A DNA stretch of 64,000 nucleotides from an uncultured Candidatus Melainabacteria bacterium (GTDB lineage Bacteria; Cyanobacteriota; Vampirovibrionia; Gastranaerophilales; Gastranaerophilaceae). The notes below the pieces were generated by a model that saw only the letters and a program-made list of their open reading frames with translations, was not told where the DNA came from and ran no database searches. Below, piece after piece: positions 38,424 to 46,349 of the stretch (position 1 is the stretch's first letter; every line of letters starts with the position of its first letter). Both the position numbers and the translations under genes were made by a program. The stretch is from the NCBI GenBank assembly GCA_947361615.1, contig CANAJP010000004.1, forward strand, positions 8,216-72,215, in the 5' to 3' direction.

Positions 38424-38668
38424 GTATTCTTTTTCGGTATTAATGCCCATAAACCGGCGCCGGTTGCAAGAATTCCGTTTATTAAAATTGAATTTTTTGT
38501 CGGAGATTTGAATACCTGACATTTTCTTCCAGCATAATCGAGTCCTACGCCGAATGCAAACCAGCCTCCTGCTGTTGTTGCTGCATTTTGTAAATTTTGT
38601 CGTTTGTTTATGCGTGGAGTTGTTTTAGGATAAGTTGTATTTATTTTTCCATCAAAAGTTACGGGCAT
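38420..38668 (-). CDS. small membrane protein (82 aa from MPVTF)
   Basis: Two hydrophobic Gly-rich segments. The longer tracked ORF would run through the tRNA-Ser terminator hairpin. Confidence 0.45.
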   Translation of the reverse strand: MPVTFDGKINTTYPKTTPRINKRQNLQNAATTAGGWFAFGVGLDYAGRKCQVFKSPTKNSILINGILATGAGLWALIPKKNT

Positions 38669-38704
38669 TGTGTAAATCCTTGTTTGCTTAGAAGCGCGTT
38701 TTAT

Positions 38705-38731
38705 CAAAAAAGCCACCTTGTTAGGTGGCTT
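38705..38731 (-). terminator. terminator after tRNA-Ser
   Basis: aaaGCCACCtaacaaGGTGGCtttttt on the minus strand. Confidence 0.7.
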
Positions 38732-38735
38732 TAAA

Positions 38736-38825
38736 TGGAGGAGGAGGTGGGATTCGAACCCACGGAACGCGTGAACGTTCGACAGTTTTCAAGACTGCTC
38801 CAATCAACCGCTCTGGCACTCCTCC
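38736..38825 (-). tRNA. tRNA-Ser (TGA), CCA encoded
   Basis: Reverse complement is GGAGGAGTGCCAGAGCGGTTGATTGGAGCAGTCTTGAAAACTGTC...GTGGGTTCGAATCCCACCTCCTCCTCCA. Long variable arm. Confidence 0.88.
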
Positions 38826-38888
38826 AAGGAGTTTGGATACCTATTATTTTATATGCTGAATTTTTATTGTCAATATTTGATTAATAAT

Positions 38889-39530
38889 TTAATTTTTGCA
38901 AATGAAATCTTGGAAATTTTTACGTTGCAACTCGAATACATCATATAATTGTGCGGATTGTTCAAAACCAAGTCTTTTGTAAAATTCTTTTTTATGTTCA
39001 AATGGTTTTAATTCGATTGCTTCTGCTTCAGAATTGTTCACTACGCGGACTAAACCCAGCATTAATTTGCGGCCGATGTTTTTAAATTTCTCTTTGTAGG
39101 GAATTTCAATACCTAAAAGTTCCAGGTTTTTCTTATGATGCACAGCTAAAGGATTATTGGCTGATTGGGTTTCTAGGTTTTGCAAGTAAAATATAGGTTT
39201 GTCGTTGCGGTGTAATATTCGTCCATCGCAAATGCCAAGAATTTCTTCAGGGTTAAGTTCGTCAAAATCTGTTTTTTGTATTGTAATAGCAAACGCACGT
39301 GTATGTTCATCTGCACGCAGGTCAAAAATGCAATCTGTCGTAAGCGCTGATTTCGGGTGAGAGCTAGCGTATTTCGTAAGTGCAGGAAGATCATATCTTC
39401 TGTCGAGTTGCACCAGTGTTGCTTGCGCGTTTGTATAGAATGGCGTAAACGGAATATTGCGTTTAATAACTGTTCTGCATATAGGGTTTGCGTTGAAGCT
39501 CTGTGCCGTCTTGTTATTTTGGATTCTCAT
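38889..39530 (-). CDS. hypothetical protein with a C-terminal GNAT-like segment (213 aa)
   Basis: NIGRKLMLGLVRVV...EFYKRLGFE pattern. Weak call. Confidence 0.45.
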   Translation of the reverse strand: MRIQNNKTAQSFNANPICRTVIKRNIPFTPFYTNAQATLVQLDRRYDLPALTKYASSHPKSALTTDCIFDLRADEHTRAFAITIQKTDFDELNPEEILGICDGRILHRNDKPIFYLQNLETQSANNPLAVHHKKNLELLGIEIPYKEKFKNIGRKLMLGLVRVVNNSEAEAIELKPFEHKKEFYKRLGFEQSAQLYDVFELQRKNFQDFICKN

Positions 39531-39566
39531 GCTTGTTGTAACACTCGTGAATATTTTTTTTGCTAG

Positions 39567-39725
39567 TTAAAGAGTTTCTTTATTCTTTTCCACGTATTCT
39601 GTGAGAATTTTCGATGCTAAGTTACTCGCTGAGCGATTCTCCTGCGCTGCTAATTTTTTAAATAATTCAAATATTTTTTTCTCTATGATGACGACAAATC
39701 TTTGTTTGTTTATTTTAATAGTCAT
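39567..39725 (-). CDS. ribbon-helix-helix (CopG/Arc-like) DNA-binding protein
   Basis: MTIKINKQRFVVIIEKKIFELFKKLAAQENRSASNLASKILTEYV has the beta-strand then two-helix RHH pattern. Start set at the internal ATG. Confidence 0.7.
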   Translation of the reverse strand: MTIKINKQRFVVIIEKKIFELFKKLAAQENRSASNLASKILTEYVEKNKETL

Positions 39726-39740
39726 GTTAAACCCTTTTTC

Positions 39741-39835
39741 ATAAGTTTGCAAACTTATGTTAATATATCACACAAAGGTGTTGCAATCAAGTAAAATTGG
39801 TGTACAATTAGTTTGTAAACTATTTGTAAACAATG
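39741..39835. promoter_or_regulatory. divergent promoter/operator region with TTTG(C/T)AAAC repeats
   Basis: Perfect 18-bp palindrome ataagtttgcaaacttat (39741-39758). On the plus strand TTGCAA, 16 nt, TACAAT (39781-39808). This is followed by gtttgtaaac and tttgtaaaca. Confidence 0.55.
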
Positions 39836-39843
39836 AGGTGTTT

Positions 39844-40083
39844 ATGCAAAATTTGTACTATGAATTTGACAAGATGGTTGGACAGGTGATGGAGGTTAAA
39901 GACCTGAGTTTTACTCTTACAAGTGCGATGAAAGGATGTATCGCAGACTCGGCAGAAGCTTATTCGCTTCTTCCGGCTATGGAAATACTTAGCAATAAAA
40001 CTAATACTCTTTATGAAAAAGCAGAAGAATTTTCAACTAAAATGCTACAACAAGATTTGTGTGCCGACCATGATTCTATGTGA
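39844..40083 (+). CDS. 79-aa acidic helical protein, head-to-head with the RHH regulator
   Basis: GAGGTG RBS before the ATG at 39844. Its 3' end overlaps the convergent porin gene by 39 nt. Confidence 0.5.
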   Translation: MQNLYYEFDKMVGQVMEVKDLSFTLTSAMKGCIADSAEAYSLLPAMEILSNKTNTLYEKAEEFSTKMLQQDLCADHDSM

Positions 40084-41244
40084 GTCGTCGCGGCCCTGAT
40101 TCTGGCAGAAAATGTAGTTCAGGATAAGTTTTAAGCCCTGACCTTTGATAAAATAGTTGATACCTGCAGTGTATTCGCGGCGCAGGTTATGGGAAACATT
40201 TCTATCAGGATCAAATTGGTCAAACCTTGCTACAAGTTGGAGTTTTGGTGTGATTTTGTAGCCGACAGTTGTATAAAAACCGGATGATTGTCTATTGGTA
40301 TAGCCTGCGACACCGTTAGAGCCGTCTGCCTGTGCCCATTCAAAGTTCGCAAAAAATCTTTTGTATTCATAACCTGCGTAGGCGCCGGCTACGAAAAAAT
40401 CACCGCTTCCGTACTGACCGCCGTTGATACCGCCGCCAAGTTTTAATTTACCGTATCTGCCGTCGGTTTTGCCCAGTGGTTTTAGGTTCACCCAGCCTGT
40501 GAATTCAACGCCAGGCATGAATTTTCTGAAATATGTGTCAGAGCTGTAGCCGCCGAAGTCGTATTCTACTAAGTCGTAGTTTCCCTGAACCCTTAAACCG
40601 AATTTACGTACTGTACCGTAGGTTCGTGAAATTTGTGAACGGTTAACGAATGGGAGAGTGTAAGGGCTTTGACCGCCTTCCATACCAATAGGGGGACGGG
40701 AGTTCCCGAACATTACGCGGTGGTGTGGAATTCTGTTGGTCGCTACGTATAAATCCGCAGGAAGATTTTGCCAGAAGGTTCTGTTATGTACAGGGTTGAA
40801 GTTAAACATAAGGCGAAAATCTTCTTTGCCGCCGCGAAATTTACCGTCAATACCGACATTAAAGTGGCCCTCTGAGTAATCGACGGTTGTAGGTTGGTTG
40901 TGCCCCATAGAAACACCAACTTGTGGCAAGATTGAACCCCACAGATGAACGCTTTCAACGGGGCCTTTTTTTATCTTGAAAGTTGTCATTTCTGAAAGCA
41001 GATGATATGGAGTGTCTGTTTGGACGACTTCGGCTTTCAGTATATCGTGAACTTTTTCGGAAAATGTTTTTTCGTGCGGTATCTGGATATCTTCAACGCG
41101 AGGTGCTATTTCCTGAACCTGTTCGACTTCGCTTTCTAAGATTATGTCTTTAAGTTCAACAGGGGCAATTTCTGTTTCTTCGATTGCCTGTGCGGGTATA
41201 AATGATAATAAAATTAGTGTAAATATTAAAAAAATCTTTTTCAC
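40045..41244 (-). CDS. outer-membrane beta-barrel porin-like protein (phosphate-selective porin O/P-like)
   Basis: Signal peptide MKKIFLIFTLILLSFIPAQA. Alternating beta-strand pattern and an ARFDQFDPD segment. Confidence 0.5.
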   Translation of the reverse strand: MKKIFLIFTLILLSFIPAQAIEETEIAPVELKDIILESEVEQVQEIAPRVEDIQIPHEKTFSEKVHDILKAEVVQTDTPYHLLSEMTTFKIKKGPVESVHLWGSILPQVGVSMGHNQPTTVDYSEGHFNVGIDGKFRGGKEDFRLMFNFNPVHNRTFWQNLPADLYVATNRIPHHRVMFGNSRPPIGMEGGQSPYTLPFVNRSQISRTYGTVRKFGLRVQGNYDLVEYDFGGYSSDTYFRKFMPGVEFTGWVNLKPLGKTDGRYGKLKLGGGINGGQYGSGDFFVAGAYAGYEYKRFFANFEWAQADGSNGVAGYTNRQSSGFYTTVGYKITPKLQLVARFDQFDPDRNVSHNLRREYTAGINYFIKGQGLKLILNYIFCQNQGRDDSHRIMVGTQILL

Positions 41245-41268
41245 GGCTAGTTATAACCTTTTAATAAT

Positions 41269-41292
41269 ATTCGCCCCTGAAACGGGGCGAAT
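41269..41292 (-). terminator. terminator after the Hyf-like operon
   Basis: ATTCGCCCC-tgaaac-GGGGCGAAT, a 9-bp stem. Confidence 0.65.
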
Positions 41293-41308
41293 TCTAATCT
41301 AAATTATA

Positions 41309-42040
41309 TTACTTGACACCTAAATAATCAAGTATTCCATTGATTATTGTCAATGGGTGTGCAGGACAGCCCGGAATATATAAATCTACGGGATGTCTTT
41401 CAAAGAATGTTCTGTCGAGTTCTTCAGAGTCTTGAAAAACTCCGCCGGAAATTGCGCACGCACCTACTGCTATTACGATTCTTGGTTCTGGTGTTGAAAG
41501 GAATGTATCTTCCAGAGCTTTTGCCATATTTTTAGTAACAGGGCCTGTGATTACAACGCCATCAGCGTGGCGAGGGGAAGCTACAAAGTCAATACCGTAT
41601 CTGCCGATATCAAAGTTCGCGTTAGAGCAAGCGTTCAATTCCATTTCGCAGGAGTTGCAGCCGCCGGCTGAAACTTGGCGTAATTTCAATGATTGACCGA
41701 AAACTTTTGTAATTTCTTCTTTTGCGACAATCGGGTTGATTTCACCGTTAACGATTAAATCTTTGCGTTTTGTAGCGCTGTATTTGTGGTTACGGGTGAA
41801 TGTGATTGCACCGTTTGAAACACGCGCGCATTCGCCGCAGAAAGTACATTTGCCAAGGTCAATTTTTTTATCATTGGTAATTGCGCAGGTTGGGCAAGCC
41901 TTTTGACATTCTTCAAGGTTTGTTAGTTTTGCCTCGTCGATTTCCGGAATTCCGCGAAATCTTGGTTTAATCTCGCGGCCTCGTATGTCTTTTATTATTT
42001 GATTTTTTTGTAAGTGTACTGTTTTTAATGTTTTAAACAT
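41309..42040 (-). CDS. group-4 hydrogenase small-subunit/NuoB-like protein with a fused N-terminal ferredoxin-like segment
   Basis: N-terminal CQKACPTC...CTFCGEC. C-terminal GGCNSCEMEL, VASPRHADGVVITGPV, GACAISGG and IPGCPAHP. Confidence 0.8.
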   Translation of the reverse strand: MFKTLKTVHLQKNQIIKDIRGREIKPRFRGIPEIDEAKLTNLEECQKACPTCAITNDKKIDLGKCTFCGECARVSNGAITFTRNHKYSATKRKDLIVNGEINPIVAKEEITKVFGQSLKLRQVSAGGCNSCEMELNACSNANFDIGRYGIDFVASPRHADGVVITGPVTKNMAKALEDTFLSTPEPRIVIAVGACAISGGVFQDSEELDRTFFERHPVDLYIPGCPAHPLTIINGILDYLGVK

Positions 42041-42055
42041 GGTTGTTTCCTTTTA

Positions 42056-43489
42056 TTATAAGTCAAATCCACAATATGAAAGGTCAAAACTTTTGTTGCA
42101 GACAGGGAAGTCTGAAATCTGGTTGTTTCTGACAGCCAGCGCTAGGCCGAACCAGTTGTGGAATGATGGGTCTTTAATTTTGTATTGTTCGATAGCACCG
42201 GATTTATCGGTTGTGATTACGTGTTGAATTTCGCCTCTCCAGCCCTCTGTTAATGTAATACACATACTGTTTGGTGCGTATTCTTTTTTGATTTCAGGGG
42301 TTTCAAGGGTGCCGTCGAGTTCGTCAAGCATTTCAAGAATCAAGTCTTTTGATTGTTTGATTTCCAAAACTCTTTGATATGCTCTTGCCCAAACGTCACC
42401 ATTTTTTGCCGATACAGGTGTAAAATCTTTGTAGTCGTTATAAATACGGCTGTCAACGATTACGCCTGAAGCTCTTGCTGCAGGGCCGACCATACCGATT
42501 TCTTCTGCTTTTTTAGTAGAAACCATACCGGTATTTTCAAGTCTTGAGAGAACTGAAGCGTTTGCAAACATTGCGTCGCACATTTCTGTAACGCGGTTGT
42601 CAACTTCTTCTAACATTGAAACGACCTTGCCTTTGAGTTCTTCGTCAATATCAAAGTTTACGCCGCCTATTCTCATTAAACCTTTACCAAAACGGCTGCC
42701 TGAGATTTCAAGGAGTGTGTTAATAACTAAAGTTCTTGTAACACCCAGAACGTTTGCGGCCATAAGGTATGCAATATCGCCTGCAATTGCGCCGATGTCA
42801 CCGATATGAATTGCCATTCTTTCCATTTCGAGGGCAATTTTACGGATTGTTTGTGCACGGTTGCAAACTTTCATTCCGGAAAGCGCTTCCAGACCGCGGG
42901 CAAAAGTCATTGAGTGACCGATTGTTGTATCGCCGCAGAGTGATTCTGCAAGCCAGATATTCGGGTTCTTTTTAAGCATTTTTTCAACGCCTCGGTGCTG
43001 CCAGCCAAGTTGGATTTCAAGGTGCATTACGCGTTCGCCCTGACATAAAAATCTGAAGTGACCAGGTTCGATAATACCTGCGTGAACAGGTCCTACTGCA
43101 ACTTCGTGAGATTGTAAATCGTCTGATTTTAAGAATTCATAACCATCATTTACTCTAACAGGTTTCAAGAACGGGTGGCCTGCAGGGCGAATTCCGTAAT
43201 TTTCGTAAATTTCACGTTCAAACATGTGAACTGACGGACGTCTGAGGGTCAATGAAGGATATTCGTTTCCGACGATTGTTCCTACTATATGCAATTCTGC
43301 GTTTTTGTCGTCCGCTATAACTGCATATAAATTATTTCTATATTCTTCTTCCTTGTTGATGAACAAATTTGCTACGCGGTAGTGTGTGTCGCTGACCATA
43401 AGCATGAATTCGTTGAATTCAACAACAGGGATGTCTGATTTTTTTATTACTTCGTTATTTTTAAATTTTAGTGTCTTTGTCATTACCAT
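42056..43489 (-). CDS. group-4 [NiFe]-hydrogenase large-subunit homolog (NuoC-NuoD fusion type) lacking the Ni-Fe cysteine ligands
   Basis: GPVHAGIIEPGHFRF and LGWQHRGVEK motifs. The L1 motif reads ESLCGDTTIGHS (canonical R-x-C-G-x-C-x-x-x-H). The C-terminus reads SFDLSYCGFDL (canonical D-P-C-x-x-C). Confidence 0.8.
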   Translation of the reverse strand: MVMTKTLKFKNNEVIKKSDIPVVEFNEFMLMVSDTHYRVANLFINKEEEYRNNLYAVIADDKNAELHIVGTIVGNEYPSLTLRRPSVHMFEREIYENYGIRPAGHPFLKPVRVNDGYEFLKSDDLQSHEVAVGPVHAGIIEPGHFRFLCQGERVMHLEIQLGWQHRGVEKMLKKNPNIWLAESLCGDTTIGHSMTFARGLEALSGMKVCNRAQTIRKIALEMERMAIHIGDIGAIAGDIAYLMAANVLGVTRTLVINTLLEISGSRFGKGLMRIGGVNFDIDEELKGKVVSMLEEVDNRVTEMCDAMFANASVLSRLENTGMVSTKKAEEIGMVGPAARASGVIVDSRIYNDYKDFTPVSAKNGDVWARAYQRVLEIKQSKDLILEMLDELDGTLETPEIKKEYAPNSMCITLTEGWRGEIQHVITTDKSGAIEQYKIKDPSFHNWFGLALAVRNNQISDFPVCNKSFDLSYCGFDL

Positions 43490-44739
43490 ATTATACCACC
43501 TGCGTTTTTAATTAATTCAAATAAGCCGTTTGGCATATAAATACCAAGTACGATTGCCGTTACAATCAGGAATATTTGAGGTAAATAGTTGTTAAACGGT
43601 AATTTTACCGGCTGTGTTTCGGTGTTAGCGTCCTTGCTGTAGTCCATTTTTAAAACTGTACTCATAATACCGAAGAGAACAATTGTTAATAGAAGGACAA
43701 ATACGATGCACAAAATGTATTGCTGGTTGAGTAAGAATTGTTTAATGATTAAAAATTCTGACAGGAACAGCGGTGATGGCGGAATCGCAAGGATTAACAT
43801 TGCGCCCAGTAACCATAACCATGATGTGCATTTGTTTTTGTTTACAAGGTCTTTAACTTCTGCAACTTCTTTTGTGTTGTAAAGGTGCAGGATGTTGCCG
43901 GAGGTCAAGAATAATGAACTCTTAATCAATGAGTGAGAAAGCAGGTGAATTAATGCCCCGATTGTACCAAGGCTTCCGAGCGCAATACCTATTGCGATGA
44001 TACCCATATTTTCTACTGATGAATAAGCGAGCATTCTTTTGTAGTTCTTAATTTTGTATACATAAACTGCAGTGATGAAGATTGAAAGAAGTCCCATCGT
44101 AAGCATTAAAACTTGAACAGTGTGGCCTAAACCTGCAAGGCTCATAAGTTTTACGAGTCTTAGGATAACGAGAACCGCAGAGTTTAATAATGTTGCTGAT
44201 AACATTGCTGAAACCGGTGACGGAGCTTCTGCGTGCGCGTCAGGCAGCCAGCTGTGAACAGGTGCAAAACCCGCTTTTGTACCGAAACCGATTAAAATAA
44301 ATATAAATGATAATTTTAACCAGAATGGATTGATTGCTGTTGCGTTTGCGTACAAATCGTTGTAGAAAAGTGAATTTACGCTTCCTGAACCGATAAGTAA
44401 CAGGATTATACCTACAAACGCAAGTGAAATACCGATTGAGCAGAGGAATGTGTATTTCCAGGTCGCTTCAAGTGAGTTTTTAGACTTGTGAAGCATAATC
44501 AAATATGCACTTGTCAATGTAGTGGCTTCGACAAATACCCAGGTTAGACCTAAGTGGTTACTGAGTAGTGCGCCGACCATTGAAAGGAAAAACAGGAAGA
44601 ATATTGAATAATATCTCAAATTTTCCTTTGCACTTTTGCAGTAGTTGAACCCTTGATAAATCATTACGCAAACGGTTACAACCACGAGTGCAATTAAAAA
44701 TAATAAATTTAAACTGTCTAATATAAAATAATTATTCAT
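43483..44739 (-). CDS. antiporter-like membrane subunit (HyfF/NuoN-like)
   Basis: WLPDAHAEAPSPVSAMLSA motif; polytopic. Confidence 0.8.
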   Translation of the reverse strand: MNNYFILDSLNLLFLIALVVVTVCVMIYQGFNYCKSAKENLRYYSIFFLFFLSMVGALLSNHLGLTWVFVEATTLTSAYLIMLHKSKNSLEATWKYTFLCSIGISLAFVGIILLLIGSGSVNSLFYNDLYANATAINPFWLKLSFIFILIGFGTKAGFAPVHSWLPDAHAEAPSPVSAMLSATLLNSAVLVILRLVKLMSLAGLGHTVQVLMLTMGLLSIFITAVYVYKIKNYKRMLAYSSVENMGIIAIGIALGSLGTIGALIHLLSHSLIKSSLFLTSGNILHLYNTKEVAEVKDLVNKNKCTSWLWLLGAMLILAIPPSPLFLSEFLIIKQFLLNQQYILCIVFVLLLTIVLFGIMSTVLKMDYSKDANTETQPVKLPFNNYLPQIFLIVTAIVLGIYMPNGLFELIKNAGGIIW

Positions 44740-45442
44740 CTTTTGCCATCTCGCTATCTTTTAAATTACAAAGTTGTGAAACATCAGGGTTGCCGTAGAT
44801 ATGGCCGATTTCGCCAATCAACAGCCCCAGAATGAATACTGCAATAAATACGTCAAGTAATACCCCGAGGTTTACAATCAACGGCATTTCTTTTGCGATT
44901 GAAAGTGAAAGCAGGAATATACCGTTTTCCAACATCGCAAAACCGATTATGTGTGTTAAGAGTTTCTTTTTAATAGCGATGAATACAAACGCTGTTATGA
45001 TTGTTGAAACTGAAACGCCGAAGTATAGGCTTGAGATGTTTTGTAAAATATCAGCCTGACTGCTTGCGATGATGAAACCTGCAAACAGGATAATTGTTGA
45101 TATTACAAGTGTATAAAAGTTAGGGAATTGCGGGTTGTTATCCCTTTTGATGTTGTTTTTTTCAGCAACTCTATCCAAAACGTTAGGTATAATAAGCGCT
45201 TTGACAACGAAAGTTTCCAGAATTAGGAAAGTTGCGCCGACGAGTGCATCCACGTGTGTGAACAATGAGGTTATCGCTGCCCAGATGCTTGAGGTATCAA
45301 GTTCGTTGATGTGTGCAAATATTGTTATGATACAAAGGATTATACCTTGAAGTCTTAACATATTTGTCTGTGCTGCGATACGGCTTGAGGTTGCCATATA
45401 TAACATCGAAATCCCGAATATAACAATTAATAAGTTAATCAT
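44732..45442 (-). CDS. HyfE-like small membrane subunit
   Basis: 236-aa polytopic protein in the HyfE position of a hyf-type operon. Confidence 0.6.
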   Translation of the reverse strand: MINLLIVIFGISMLYMATSSRIAAQTNMLRLQGIILCIITIFAHINELDTSSIWAAITSLFTHVDALVGATFLILETFVVKALIIPNVLDRVAEKNNIKRDNNPQFPNFYTLVISTIILFAGFIIASSQADILQNISSLYFGVSVSTIITAFVFIAIKKKLLTHIIGFAMLENGIFLLSLSIAKEMPLIVNLGVLLDVFIAVFILGLLIGEIGHIYGNPDVSQLCNLKDSEMAKDE

Positions 45443-45443
45443 A

Positions 45444-46349
45444 TTACAAATGTCCTCCGTGCATAATTAATAGAACAAGTGCCATTACAATTAACGCTGC
45501 AACTATTAATGTAAAAGTATATTCTATTATGTGAGTTAATCTGATTCTAGCGCATAAAGATTCGATTATGCCGATAAGAACCGCGATAGCGAGAGCTACA
45601 AGTACAGAGCCGATGAAGCTTAACGGAGCGATTGTCATTGTGATGATTGTTGTGAACAACATCATTTTCAACGCTGAACCGTATTGGATAAACGCTAAAT
45701 CAACACCTGAGTTGTCAAGAACCATAACTTCGTGAATCATTGTTAACTCGAGGTGAGTTTTAGGGTCGTCAATCGGAACCCTTGAGCCTTCGATTAAAAT
45801 TATGAGGAATAATGCGCCGACTGTTGCAAGCGCGATTAAAATCATAATGTCATTGTTTGACCAGAAAAGGTGCGCTAGTGATGCAAATGAGTAAACACCG
45901 TTCAGTGCGCAGATTGATGAAATTATGATGAAGAATGCCGGTTCGATTAGAGATGTGTAGCTTACTTCTCTAGAAGCGCCCATTCCCTCAAAGCTTGAAC
46001 CTGTATCCATAGCCGCAACGACTGATACGAATTTACCTAAAGCAAGCAGGTATGAGAAAAGAATAAAATCTCCCTCAAAGTGGATTACGGTAACAAGCAT
46101 TGCCGCAACGATAAGGCAGGCAAGGTTGATAACCGGCGCAACTCTGAAGATTCCTGTTGCTGTTTCACTGATAACTTCGCCCTTGTTCATAAGTCTGTTG
46201 AAGTCAAAGTAAGGCTGGAATATGCTTGCGCCTTGTTTTCCGGCGAATTTTGCTTTTACTTTATTAATTATACCAATGAATAAAAATGGTAGCGATAAAA
46301 GTAATATCATTTTTAATATTGGAAAAATAATCATTGCTAGAATTATCAT
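45444..46349 (-). CDS. HycD/HyfC/NuoH-like membrane subunit
   Basis: EGSRVPIDDPKTHLELTMIHEVMVLDNSG motif. Start set at MIILAMII (TAATG junction with the upstream gene). Confidence 0.8.
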   Translation of the reverse strand: MIILAMIIFPILKMILLLSLPFLFIGIINKVKAKFAGKQGASIFQPYFDFNRLMNKGEVISETATGIFRVAPVINLACLIVAAMLVTVIHFEGDFILFSYLLALGKFVSVVAAMDTGSSFEGMGASREVSYTSLIEPAFFIIISSICALNGVYSFASLAHLFWSNNDIMILIALATVGALFLIILIEGSRVPIDDPKTHLELTMIHEVMVLDNSGVDLAFIQYGSALKMMLFTTIITMTIAPLSFIGSVLVALAIAVLIGIIESLCARIRLTHIIEYTFTLIVAALIVMALVLLIMHGGHL

